The notes below the pieces were generated by a model. It was not told the DNA's origin. It worked only from the letters and a program-made list of their open reading frames with translations, and made no database searches. Positions 39,382 through 48,889 of a stretch of DNA of 64,000 nt are shown here, one piece after another. This stretch comes from a virus, in the UHGV virus genome UHGV-0026213, one strand, 5' to 3'. Numbering within the stretch: the first letter of the stretch is position 1; each line of letters begins with the position of its first letter. The translations under genes and the position numbers were made by a program.

Positions 39382-40137
39382 TTATTTTTTGTTTGCCTTA
39401 AGCGCTTTTAAGCGTTCGGCAGTAACGTTCAGGCATTCGATTAACTCGTTAACCTGTTTCATGAACAGACCAAACAGCTCCACCCAATCGGATGCAAAAT
39501 CTAACATCATCGTCAGTTCTTTTGCTACATTCGGATGAATGTTTTGTTCGGACAAGATTTCTGACGTAGTGCGAATGGACTCGATTGACTTGTCAATGTT
39601 CGTCCGTAAACGTTTCGTAATTTCAACGTTCAGGGCTTTAGCACGATTGAACGCAACGTCAATCTCAGACGCGCTGTGGTACGTCTTCTCAATTGGACGC
39701 TGGTCAATAACGTTGTTAGTGTACGATTTCGCTAATAAGTTAACCAGGTCTTTCGGGTTAACATTACGTAGCGGTAAATTAACGTTTTTGTAACGGAAAC
39801 CAATCGGTAATGACAGTACCCCCACATCATGTGTAAGGGCCGAAAGTTGTTTATCGACCGGCACCAGAATACCCGTATAGATGTTTTGTAGTGAACTCCA
39901 TACGGATTCTAAGCGGTTCAAGTGATCCATCACGTAGGTATTAAACCCAGGTGGAACGATAACCAACATTCCCGCAAAGTGTAGGAATTTTTCTTGTTGC
40001 ATCCACTTGGAAACGTCCGACATCTCGTCATAAGTGGTTAATGCAATCTCTTGTTGAGGGCCACTAAACCCTTTCGGTAAGATTGCAGACGCTTTAGCGG
40101 CGAAGCTAGATAACGCTGCAAGTGGATTTACATTCAT
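39382..40137 (-). CDS. Hypothetical protein (251 aa)
   Basis: Minus-strand ORF convergent with the upstream paralog. Confidence 0.5.
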   Translation of the reverse strand: MNVNPLAALSSFAAKASAILPKGFSGPQQEIALTTYDEMSDVSKWMQQEKFLHFAGMLVIVPPGFNTYVMDHLNRLESVWSSLQNIYTGILVPVDKQLSALTHDVGVLSLPIGFRYKNVNLPLRNVNPKDLVNLLAKSYTNNVIDQRPIEKTYHSASEIDVAFNRAKALNVEITKRLRTNIDKSIESIRTTSEILSEQNIHPNVAKELTMMLDFASDWVELFGLFMKQVNELIECLNVTAERLKALKANKK

Positions 40138-40235
40138 TCTAAAACCTCGGATTATAAGTCAGGGTTACATAGTAAAGTCTTTTTACAGTTCACCCAAACC
40201 TTATGACCGAGACTCTTCCATAAAGGTAAAGCTCG

Positions 40236-40535
40236 ATGAAAATCAAATTACTGACTCGAAACACCACACCGCGTTTAGAACCGGAAATTTATCTGACCCC
40301 TGTTAAAAAAGGTCAGAACGGTAAACCTATTCAAGTTGGAAAAGTCTTGAGCGTAACGTCGTGCCCGAGCGGTAAACGTGTTATGGAACTGGAAATTGAC
40401 GAGCGTAACAAACGCCGTTTCGAGTCTATTGAAAACCCTTATCCTGAAAATGCGGAAGAAGTTACTGAGTGGGTAGAGACCTACTTTGAATTCTGGCACA
40501 ACCGCCGTCTCCTTCTTCCGACCAAGAATCGTTAA
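40236..40535 (+). CDS. Hypothetical small protein (99 aa)
   Basis: ORF immediately upstream of the recombinase-like gene. Confidence 0.4.
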   Translation: MKIKLLTRNTTPRLEPEIYLTPVKKGQNGKPIQVGKVLSVTSCPSGKRVMELEIDERNKRRFESIENPYPENAEEVTEWVETYFEFWHNRRLLLPTKNR

Positions 40536-40550
40536 TTATCGGAGCGCTAA

Positions 40551-42047
40551 ATGGCAGGCCCAACTAAGCAAGTTATCGGTGAAGTAATTCGTCCACGTTT
40601 TAACGTTTACACCATCATGGATCATGCCTTAGGTAACTACGAAAAAGGTGAAGATGGTTTGTACTACCTTAACGGTGGTTTTGCCCACATCATGGGTTTC
40701 GCAGGTCGCGGTAACACTTTTAAATCCACCTTGTTAGATTTCTGTATCTTCCAAATCCTGCAACGTTATAAAGCAGAGTGGGGTTCTAAGTACGATACAG
40801 AAGTGTCCGCTGCCCTCGATCGTTTAGAAACTGGGTACATCTCTGCCATGAACGCCAACGGTATCGACGACGGAACATCCGTACTGGAACTTATCCACGA
40901 AGGTCGTTATAACCTGGTCGGTTCTGACGTAATGCCTGGGGAACAGTATTACAGTGATTATATTCGTGATGAAGTTGAAAAACGCTTCAAACAGTATATG
41001 TCTGGTAAAACCCGCGTAACACCGTTCCCCGATCCGGTTCGTCGTAAGTTAAAAGAAATCCTGGACCCCTGGCTTTATTCTATCGACTCCCTGTCAGAGT
41101 GGCATTCCAGTTCGCTGGAAGACAAACACGCAAAAACTGATATTGGAGATTCTGATCAGAACATCCTGAACGCCCACGACGCGCTGCAAAAATCGAATAT
41201 GATGAGCCGCTGGCCGTCTGCGTTTGCACGCGGCGGTTTTTACATGGGCTTCGTGGCACAGATGGCCGATGACTCTGGGAAAGCGATGGCAGGTGGCCGA
41301 CAGGCACAAAAAGCAAATGCGAAAATTCTCGACGACGCCAACGACGATCTAAAGTTCGCAGGTATTCCTCGCCGTCAGCTTAGCTTCTTAACAAACTCTT
41401 TTATCGTCGCGACGAAATCAGGGGAACTGAAGAAAGACCAGAGCTATAACGCACAGACCGGTGTTAACGAAGAACTTTATCCGACGTCACGTTCTAAGGC
41501 GATGAATGCGTCGGTAAACGACTTGAAGATTATCACATTTACCCAGTATCGTGCGAAGGGTGGTCACACCGGTGTGAAATTTCAGATGATCTTCTCTCAG
41601 GAAATGGGCCTGTTATATCACTTGAGCCTGTGGCACTATTTAAGTGACACGCTGAAGAAGTCAGACTTTGGTTTCACATCAAGCGGTAGTGGCGGTTCCA
41701 TCAAAGAACTGGATATTCTACCTGGTGTGAAATTCCAACGCACGACGATCCGTGATATGATTTCTGATAACGCACGCTTACGTCGCGCTTTAGAAATCAC
41801 TGCGGCAATTGCGTATATGCAAAACAACTACCATCGTCTTGAAATGAAGTATCATCTCAGCATGAGTGAGATTTACAAACTGATTGACGAGAAGTGGGAC
41901 TGGAATGAAATTCTGGATAACACGGTAGAATACTGGATGTTTAAAGACCAGGAAACCAAAGGCGGTAAACGTACACTGACTGCACGTACCATTCTGGGTA
42001 TGGCTGTCGATGGACTAGAACCGAAGTTCCTGACGAAAAAGAAATAA
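40551..42047 (+). CDS. UvsX/RecA-like recombinase (putative)
   Basis: Atypical Walker A MGFAGRGNTFKST resembling the T4 UvsX AGPSKSFKS loop, and Walker B-like LYSIDSLSEW resembling UvsX FIDSLGNL. Confidence 0.4.
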   Translation: MAGPTKQVIGEVIRPRFNVYTIMDHALGNYEKGEDGLYYLNGGFAHIMGFAGRGNTFKSTLLDFCIFQILQRYKAEWGSKYDTEVSAALDRLETGYISAMNANGIDDGTSVLELIHEGRYNLVGSDVMPGEQYYSDYIRDEVEKRFKQYMSGKTRVTPFPDPVRRKLKEILDPWLYSIDSLSEWHSSSLEDKHAKTDIGDSDQNILNAHDALQKSNMMSRWPSAFARGGFYMGFVAQMADDSGKAMAGGRQAQKANAKILDDANDDLKFAGIPRRQLSFLTNSFIVATKSGELKKDQSYNAQTGVNEELYPTSRSKAMNASVNDLKIITFTQYRAKGGHTGVKFQMIFSQEMGLLYHLSLWHYLSDTLKKSDFGFTSSGSGGSIKELDILPGVKFQRTTIRDMISDNARLRRALEITAAIAYMQNNYHRLEMKYHLSMSEIYKLIDEKWDWNEILDNTVEYWMFKDQETKGGKRTLTARTILGMAVDGLEPKFLTKKK

Positions 42048-42091
42048 ATAGGCTCGGGTAGGGTAAACCCTACCCGACCTAAGGAGTCATC

Positions 42092-42391
42092 ATGCGTTAT
42101 CAAACGGAGATTGTGGAACGCTTAAGTGAAGGATTGGCAAGTGTTAATTTAGAAACAGCGGCCGAATTTCGTGAAGCCTTCACTCACCCGTTTCCCGATC
42201 TGGAATCCTTTTGTTTAAAGGTCGCTGAGTATTACTCGAATCTATTAGTACGTTACGGGTATGCGCCAGTACATTCCGAACTTCCTGAAAACACGGAAGC
42301 TATCAGCTACTGGATTGACCTGCTTGAAGCAGAAACGTTATCCAATTTACGTAAGGCGGTAGACAATGAAACTCGAACCAGCGCGGCGTAA
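42092..42391 (+). CDS. Hypothetical protein (99 aa)
   Basis: SD CTAAGGAG upstream. Confidence 0.45.
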   Translation: MRYQTEIVERLSEGLASVNLETAAEFREAFTHPFPDLESFCLKVAEYYSNLLVRYGYAPVHSELPENTEAISYWIDLLEAETLSNLRKAVDNETRTSAA

Positions 42392-43034
42392 AAAGGCGGA
42401 AGCCTACGCCTTACAAATCTTAAAGTTGGTAGACCCATCTGGCATTAATGCCGAAGCCGCGAAGAAAGCCTTCGCTCGAATGACCGATGAACAGTTTAAT
42501 CGACTTCGTAACGGTTTACCTATTTACAACCCGGTGGGAAGTAAAGTCGAAATTGACCACCTGCGCAATATCGAGGTGTGCAAAATTCTCGGGGTAAATC
42601 TGGAGCAACGACTCTGGTTAACAGAACCAAAAACAGGTGTCTATCACCGTACTCGTTACCCTCACTTAGTCTTACGCTTGCCTGTCCGTCGTCAGACACA
42701 GATGCAAGAAAAGAAAATGGCGGTTGCGAAAAACGACAAAGTCCGCGATAAGCTCTCCGGTCAAGTCGTCGGTCCTTCTAAAGCCTCCGGGGTGTCCTTC
42801 CCAGAGGCATACATCATGTACTCCGATGGTCACGACTGGACACTGAAAGAGTTCTTGTGGGCGCGTGGTGGTAACGACGCACTACAACGTGCTTTCTATC
42901 AATCACTGCGCCAAACCGGTAAAGGGCGTATTGATTTGCCTGGAGCGGAGCGAACGAGTTCTAAAGCAACGCGTACGTGGTCAGCGTACCTGAAAGCGAT
43001 GCATATCGGTAACAACATAGGCCATCCGTCATGA
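42366..43034 (+). CDS. Hypothetical basic protein (222 aa)
   Basis: ORF overlapping neighbours at both ends. Confidence 0.45.
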   Translation: MKLEPARRKKAEAYALQILKLVDPSGINAEAAKKAFARMTDEQFNRLRNGLPIYNPVGSKVEIDHLRNIEVCKILGVNLEQRLWLTEPKTGVYHRTRYPHLVLRLPVRRQTQMQEKKMAVAKNDKVRDKLSGQVVGPSKASGVSFPEAYIMYSDGHDWTLKEFLWARGGNDALQRAFYQSLRQTGKGRIDLPGAERTSSKATRTWSAYLKAMHIGNNIGHPS

Positions 43035-43753
43035 GATTATCTCGGCGTTTCTTAATCGATATTGATACGTTATTTGATACGCGTTTAGGTTGGGTAAAAG
43101 CCGTTAAGCCTGAAAGCTTAGCATTGCTAGACTACGATGTTTATCGTCGTCGCTATACAGAAGCTTGGGCTGGCGTACTCGGATTTGAAAAATGGGATGA
43201 AGAGTGGCGGAAGCGGGATAAGCGCGCGTTGATTAATGCGCAGCCTACTGAATTATTGGCAACAATGAAAAACGAATTCGAGTGTATGTTGCTTGAAATC
43301 GAAATGCATTCGCCGATTGAAAAACCCACTCTGACCATCAATACGTGGCCTTATACGGATTTAACGGGCGAAGAACTTCAAGCCTTTTTGAATCTGTTTC
43401 GGATGTACTACAATAACGTACAAGTTGAATTGGTGTCTTGGTCGTTAGAAGATCTCACACCGGGGAGATTATCATTGGCTTGGGATTGCTGGATAATGTA
43501 CGATTGGTTCGAGTGGATTAAGCTTAACGCCTCACACTTGAAAAAACCGATTCCAAGCTTTACCATCACACACCCTGCCATGCTCACACCAGAACTGACC
43601 GGAGTGTTGGTTGAACAAATCAAACAAGACGGCGTTAACCCGTTTAAGGAACATATCCGGTTTATGGCAGAGTGGGTCGGTGTCGACCCACGAGATGCCG
43701 CTTTATTTAGTCTTGCTCGCCCTGTTCAGGACGTGCAAACGCCGCCGTCATAA
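43031..43753 (+). CDS. Hypothetical protein (240 aa)
   Basis: Start overlaps the upstream stop. Confidence 0.45.
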   Translation: MRLSRRFLIDIDTLFDTRLGWVKAVKPESLALLDYDVYRRRYTEAWAGVLGFEKWDEEWRKRDKRALINAQPTELLATMKNEFECMLLEIEMHSPIEKPTLTINTWPYTDLTGEELQAFLNLFRMYYNNVQVELVSWSLEDLTPGRLSLAWDCWIMYDWFEWIKLNASHLKKPIPSFTITHPAMLTPELTGVLVEQIKQDGVNPFKEHIRFMAEWVGVDPRDAALFSLARPVQDVQTPPS

Positions 43754-44171
43754 TGGACTTAACGTCGATTTGTTCACCTACTGGTGCCAGCTCCCCTTCT
43801 GTTACTTCAACATCAGGAATAACAGGAACGGGGGGCTGGTAGCCCTGGGTTTCTTCGATTTCCTCATCGTGACGACGTATTTTGATATTGCCACGTTGCA
43901 TGAGGATGCTATTAAGTGCATTCGCCAAATCTTGGTTAGCTTCGCTGTTTTTCTGTGCAGCAGCGACGCGACGTTTGGAAATGATTTGTTTGTCAACGTC
44001 GTTAAGCAAAGACCCCAGCCGGTCTACCGTTTTCAAGTCTTTGTGTGCTTGTGGATCGTCTAAGATGAGATTCACAATCCGTACACGGGCTTGTTGCGTT
44101 TGGCGGAGAAGCGATTCTTCGTCGTCCACATCTCCATCAAACGCCTGATATTTCACTTCTTCGTCAGCCAT
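43707..44171 (-). CDS. Hypothetical highly acidic protein (154 aa)
   Basis: Minus-strand ORF with GAGGTAG SD before the ATG; N-terminus MADEEVKYQAFDGDVDDEE. Confidence 0.5.
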   Translation of the reverse strand: MADEEVKYQAFDGDVDDEESLLRQTQQARVRIVNLILDDPQAHKDLKTVDRLGSLLNDVDKQIISKRRVAAAQKNSEANQDLANALNSILMQRGNIKIRRHDEEIEETQGYQPPVPVIPDVEVTEGELAPVGEQIDVKSIMTAAFARPEQGEQD

Positions 44172-44202
44172 TCTTACTACCTCAATTTCAAAAAGAAGTC
44201 AG

Positions 44203-44219
44203 ACAGATATTATCTACGT
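44203..44219 (+). promoter_or_regulatory. Promoter-like motif CAGACAGATATTATCTA
   Basis: Third copy of AGATATTATC, preceded by TTTCAA about 16 nt upstream; in the divergent region between the 44171 minus gene and the 44243 plus gene. Confidence 0.4.
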
Positions 44220-44242
44220 GAGACATTCTTTAGGAGTGAATT

Positions 44243-44791
44243 ATGTTAACAGGAATAATAACTCGTTTTAAACAACGGTTAGAGAATAATCGTTTAAAAG
44301 CCCTCAGAGAGTCTCTGAAGCAGGAGTTCCATAAGAACACCCACAACCCCTATGTCAGAGTCTTTACCGGCTTACAATTGCTTACGTTGCCTTTAAACAT
44401 AAATGAAGAACCTTTTCGTCCCAGCCTTCGCGGTTTCCTCGAATTGCGTATTAATAACATTGATCTCGTTTATCAACGTTTGGCATTTCTCATTAATGAA
44501 TACCAACGAGCAATTAACAGGAGTTCAATCGAATGGCTACCATTACCTGACGCTTTAAATAAACGAAACGACTTGGCGGAATACCGATGGCTAGACACTT
44601 ATTTTGGGACGTCTAGTCCTGAGGTTGCCGCTTATAAGCTGGGTAAATTACTCGCGCTAATTCAACCTTATGAATCAGCGTTCCTTAAACCGGAGTCCGA
44701 CGAAGACAAAGCGCTGGTAAATCAAACTGCGCATTTATTCCGGGAGTTGGAAACGTTGATTGAACACTACCTTTTAGAACGTCCCATTTAA
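44243..44791 (+). CDS. Hypothetical protein (182 aa)
   Basis: SD TTAGGAGTGAATTATG. Confidence 0.5.
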   Translation: MLTGIITRFKQRLENNRLKALRESLKQEFHKNTHNPYVRVFTGLQLLTLPLNINEEPFRPSLRGFLELRINNIDLVYQRLAFLINEYQRAINRSSIEWLPLPDALNKRNDLAEYRWLDTYFGTSSPEVAAYKLGKLLALIQPYESAFLKPESDEDKALVNQTAHLFRELETLIEHYLLERPI

Positions 44792-44821
44792 TAAACCAGT
44801 AACCCCTTGTAACAAGGTGAT

Positions 44822-45667
44822 GTGATGGATAGCAAAAAAGTAAGTGTGGTCGTGGACGCTGAAGACGAACGTGCAGGCGGACCACTTCAAACACTATATT
44901 GGAATTATAAAGAATTGATCGGATGGAAGCCTTCGGATTATAAACTCGCCGTCGCCAAACATATTCTGTCTCCAGAATTTAAAACACGTTCAAAAGCAAC
45001 GATGGACGATCGAATACAACGTATCTCCACGAAGCTGAGTTCAGGTAACATCCCTGCACTACCTGTCGATCTTACCTGGCGAGGTTTTACAGAAGGGTTG
45101 GTGATTACCGGAGTGGAGACACTGCGGATTTGTGTAACCACTTACCGAGGACACTTCAAAACAAAAACCGTATCTGAAATTACCACACGCGTGCGTGAAG
45201 ATCTCGCTCGGGATTTGTTCGAAGATAACGACGAACGACCTAAAGAGTCTGCAACTGCGCAATTGAACCGTTATTTCCAGAACTGTGGTGAGACCGCAAA
45301 GATGATGGTGCATCCGTTATCTCGGCTAACTTGGACTATCTTCGCAAACATGAAAATGAATGCGGATTGGTGGTATCGTCTTTCCACAAACTTCGTTAAC
45401 GATCCTGCTAACTGTGAGCAAACGCCGTCGAAACGAAATGATTTGCGGCACAACATGCAGCACAATCTAAGGTTAAAAAAGAAGTTTTCCTGGAAATGGT
45501 TTATGAGGGTACTCAAGGCAATTGATGTTCGTAGCTTCGAAATCCTTCTGACCTTAAGGCGTCAGAAAGACAATAAAATCTACGAAGTTCAGGTCACGGT
45601 AAACCTTGACGAATACCAAATTGGAGACCAGAATGAAAATCGACCAAATAACCAGTCAGATAAATAA
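44822..45667 (+). CDS. Hypothetical protein (281 aa)
   Basis: GTG/ATG start region after the upstream stop. Confidence 0.45.
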   Translation: MMDSKKVSVVVDAEDERAGGPLQTLYWNYKELIGWKPSDYKLAVAKHILSPEFKTRSKATMDDRIQRISTKLSSGNIPALPVDLTWRGFTEGLVITGVETLRICVTTYRGHFKTKTVSEITTRVREDLARDLFEDNDERPKESATAQLNRYFQNCGETAKMMVHPLSRLTWTIFANMKMNADWWYRLSTNFVNDPANCEQTPSKRNDLRHNMQHNLRLKKKFSWKWFMRVLKAIDVRSFEILLTLRRQKDNKIYEVQVTVNLDEYQIGDQNENRPNNQSDK

Positions 45668-46907
45668 AGGTCAGTCAGCAATCGATAATTCCGTTAATAC
45701 GGCAAAGAACGCCGCAAACCGCGTACAAACAACGGTGGAAAATGCGGAGCGTGGTATTAAAAACACGGTCGATAGCGTCAACCGATTATCAGAACGTGCT
45801 GGTGAAACATTCAACAAACTGATTGGCGGTGGTAACGAACTGACCAGCAAAATTGGTAACCTTTTTGGCGGTAGTGATACCGCCAGTGTTGGAGGAAGTA
45901 AGACTGCGGGGAGTTCAGCCTCGGGGGTGTCGCCAGGACAAAAGGTTCCCGGTTTTGCATCTAACACCAAAGAAACGCTTCCTGTCCTCGACCCACAAAA
46001 GCGTGACGTTTCTGAACCCTTTAAGAAAAAGGATGAAGATGGCCTAAAAGCGCTAGACTACCTAAGTCCAGGCGGGATGGGGAAACTGTTAAATAAAGGG
46101 TGGGACAGCATCGGCAGCTTAACCGACTCTGTTTTATCAGGTATCGGCACCGACTTTAACTCAGTGAAAAAACGTCTCGAAGGGACGATGAACATTGCTG
46201 GGCAACTGGCTAAACTCCCCTCGGAAGTTAGTCAAGAAGTCAACGGCTTTATGTCCGAAGTCAACAGTATGCGTTATCAAATCACCTCGATCGTTGATGA
46301 CGTACAGCATACTTTCGACAGCTACAAAGACTTAGACGACTTCTTAGCCATCGATAACCTGATTAACAGCTTTAAAGGCAGCAACAGTTTCTCCACGTTA
46401 GATATTAATACCTCTTCGGCGTTGATTTATGGCCTGTCTACCAAACTGAACAGTTATGGTTTACCGGCTAAAATCGAACCGATGCTTCAAGCGATTACCG
46501 ATGCGCAAGCGAAAGAGGTACTGTACGGCGAGCTGATGATTCAGGCAGCAGCGACAGGTAATCTGGATTCAACGGAATACTATCTGGATAAACTCCAACC
46601 GGGGCAAGGGACTCAGATCGCAACCACCGTTATCCAGAACCTTATGGCTAACCTTCGGGTTGAACCCGGTGTCAGTTTCAAAACGTATGGCACTCGTCTA
46701 TTAACGTTATTTAAAGGATTAGATGCAAAATGGGACAAAGCGAAAAACATCACGCCAGAAATGACTGAACTTAAACTTTACACCTATGCAGGCGTAAATG
46801 CGATTCAGGCGCTACTAACCACCGAGAAACGTAATTACGTGATTGCTGCAGGCAGTGTAAGTTACCAGTCTACCGATAAAATCGTGGAAGACTATTTTGC
46901 AATTTAA
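45633..46907 (+). CDS. Hypothetical Ser/Gly/Thr-rich protein (about 424 aa)
   Basis: Start refined to the internal ATG with GGAGACC SD; the ORF-track start at 45606 overlaps the upstream gene. Confidence 0.45.
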   Translation: MKIDQITSQINKGQSAIDNSVNTAKNAANRVQTTVENAERGIKNTVDSVNRLSERAGETFNKLIGGGNELTSKIGNLFGGSDTASVGGSKTAGSSASGVSPGQKVPGFASNTKETLPVLDPQKRDVSEPFKKKDEDGLKALDYLSPGGMGKLLNKGWDSIGSLTDSVLSGIGTDFNSVKKRLEGTMNIAGQLAKLPSEVSQEVNGFMSEVNSMRYQITSIVDDVQHTFDSYKDLDDFLAIDNLINSFKGSNSFSTLDINTSSALIYGLSTKLNSYGLPAKIEPMLQAITDAQAKEVLYGELMIQAAATGNLDSTEYYLDKLQPGQGTQIATTVIQNLMANLRVEPGVSFKTYGTRLLTLFKGLDAKWDKAKNITPEMTELKLYTYAGVNAIQALLTTEKRNYVIAAGSVSYQSTDKIVEDYFAI

Positions 46908-47739
46908 GAGGCCGGTTATGTCCGAACCACAATTACTGCGTTCCGTATTAAAGAAGATCAAAAGCCAGGGTGAAGACAATCAAGCTTTGGCATTAACGCT
47001 GGGTTATCAACCTGGGCGAAATAATCCTAATGGATACGTTAACGCGTCAAACATCGTGCTTACTCCTGATGAGCGCTTTGTTTATGTCCTATACCTTCGT
47101 CGTTTAGGCTACGTTTGTGCGTTACCCGAAAAACTCCCTTTTACCGATGGTATCAACCATCTTAACCTTTACTCTAACGGTCGTACTACCGTAGGGAAAA
47201 TGATCAGTAACTTCTACGCGCAACCTAACGGTGCGAAATTCGACACAATTCACGGTCAGTTTTTAACGTTAGAAGGCTACTATCATTATTTAAGGATCGT
47301 AGACTATCTGTTCTACAAAGGCTACGGAATAAACGCTTTGGGTCGTTTGGAAACTGAATATCCTGACATCCGTTTATTACGCACCCTGACTGGGGCTGAA
47401 TGTATACAACGCGGTCGGCGATTAAAGGCGAGCATTTACGGGGGCACGGATTATCGGCCTGGCGAGTTTAGCGATTACGCGAACGGTGCATTTCAAAACG
47501 CATTACTGCGTAAACTCCGACTCTTGAAGTTTGACGGAAGCTGCTTAGGTAATGTGTTATCGTACTGTCATTCGATGGGATTACCGTTCTTGCATTACTA
47601 CGTTATGAACGGCCGGGTTATTACACCACCCCATTCGGAATGGCTTCCTAATCTGGTGGTTTCTATTGTAGAAAACATCGATTTTAACGACACAACGTTC
47701 GACATTACGAGCGTCAGTGAAAGTATGGGATTAATCTAA
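46897..47739 (+). CDS. NADAR/YbiA (DUF1768)-like protein, putative N-glycosidase or ADP-ribosyl hydrolase
   Basis: KMISNFYAQPNGAKFDTIHGQFLTLEGYYHYL resembles the YbiA core FSNF..P...DG..YPT.EHYFQ. Confidence 0.4.
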   Translation: MQFKRPVMSEPQLLRSVLKKIKSQGEDNQALALTLGYQPGRNNPNGYVNASNIVLTPDERFVYVLYLRRLGYVCALPEKLPFTDGINHLNLYSNGRTTVGKMISNFYAQPNGAKFDTIHGQFLTLEGYYHYLRIVDYLFYKGYGINALGRLETEYPDIRLLRTLTGAECIQRGRRLKASIYGGTDYRPGEFSDYANGAFQNALLRKLRLLKFDGSCLGNVLSYCHSMGLPFLHYYVMNGRVITPPHSEWLPNLVVSIVENIDFNDTTFDITSVSESMGLI

Positions 47740-48398
47740 TGGGATTATTCGATACCCTTGCGCAATTGGAAAAAGCGCAGGAAGAAGAGGTTATTCGCGT
47801 TGCGGGCGAATCCATTAAACGCGAAGTGGAAAAGGAATATTGCGTCTGGGTTAAACCTACGCAAGCGGGATGGGATTGGCTGCACGCACAGTCCACTAAG
47901 ATGTTCATGGACATTCTCATGCCGATAGAAGGTGGGCGTCGCCGTATCCGTATTAAAGAAGACGGTACAGCACAGCTAACGCTTAAGCGTAAATTCCTGG
48001 ACGGAAAGGTTGAAGAGAATTCGGATATCGGGATTAGTTCTGCACTCTCTTTTTACAAGGACGGTTATTTGGCGCACCTGGTGAAACGTATTCACTTAGA
48101 ACCGGGTGAATTAGCCGATAAGGGTGCTAAGCATTGGGATATTGATATTTTCACGATCACCACCGGACACCCCGCAATTGAAGTTTCGGGTGACTTTAAC
48201 GATCTCCTCACTGAGATGCGTAGCAGTACCAGCGTCGGTGACTGGGTGAAAGTTGAACTGGAAGTCGAACGTTACGAGATTGCGGATGTTCTGTCTGTGA
48301 TTCCGTTTGAGTTTGACGGCCATATTCCGGCTACGCCAAAAGATCCTGAAGACCAAGAATATCTTCGTGATTACTGGGATTCAGTTACCCGCATGTAA
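47739..48398 (+). CDS. Hypothetical protein (219 aa)
   Basis: ORF followed by a CCCTACTCC-type terminator. Confidence 0.5.
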   Translation: MGLFDTLAQLEKAQEEEVIRVAGESIKREVEKEYCVWVKPTQAGWDWLHAQSTKMFMDILMPIEGGRRRIRIKEDGTAQLTLKRKFLDGKVEENSDIGISSALSFYKDGYLAHLVKRIHLEPGELADKGAKHWDIDIFTITTGHPAIEVSGDFNDLLTEMRSSTSVGDWVKVELEVERYEIADVLSVIPFEFDGHIPATPKDPEDQEYLRDYWDSVTRM

Positions 48399-48436
48399 CA
48401 CCTACCCTACTCCTGACTAGGAGTAGGGTATTTTCA
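48399..48436 (+). terminator. Intrinsic terminator (CCCTACTCC/GGAGTAGGG family)
   Basis: CCTACCCTACTCCTGACTAGGAGTAGGG followed by TATTTTCATTTTT. Confidence 0.6.
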
Positions 48437-48460
48437 TTTTTACCCTAAAGGAGAATTATC

Positions 48461-48829
48461 ATGCAAGCTCAGTTTTTTAGTACACCCAAAGGTTTCGGTT
48501 TTAAATTCCCTGAATTTGTTTTACCAAAACAAGTTATTGAGGTACCCTTCCCCCGTTATGTGCAATTAGGACTGCGCACTGTACTTGCCAACTTTTCGGG
48601 AAAGACTGTGGAATTTCGTGTGTGGGAAGGTTCGGGAAGTCCTGGTGGTGTTATGTTTGTTGATTACAATTGGATTAAAAGAACAGGTTTTCCGCTTGTA
48701 CGAACAGTTGAGGCTGCTCGTGGATTACCCTTCCACGCTATACTGGGAGATATAACGTTACCTGTAACTGGCGATTATTCTTCTCCTGCGGATGACGAAT
48801 ACCAAATTCATCTTGTTTTGTTGAAATGA
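48461..48829 (+). CDS. Hypothetical protein (122 aa)
   Basis: SD CTAAAGGAG. Confidence 0.45.
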   Translation: MQAQFFSTPKGFGFKFPEFVLPKQVIEVPFPRYVQLGLRTVLANFSGKTVEFRVWEGSGSPGGVMFVDYNWIKRTGFPLVRTVEAARGLPFHAILGDITLPVTGDYSSPADDEYQIHLVLLK

Positions 48830-48889
48830 TTTTTACAGTTGGGAACAGACTTATGTCTCCCAAGACTGCGTTTAAGCGGAGAAACAATT

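Noticed and set aside
42050-42078. Hairpin CGGGTAGGGTAAACCCTACCCG as an intrinsic terminator
   Set aside because: No downstream T-run; kept only as a member of the related hairpin family.
43611-44063. Plus-strand ORF of 150 aa
   Set aside because: It overlaps the better-supported minus-strand acidic gene (43707-44171), which has a clear SD, and has low-complexity Cys/Leu-rich composition.
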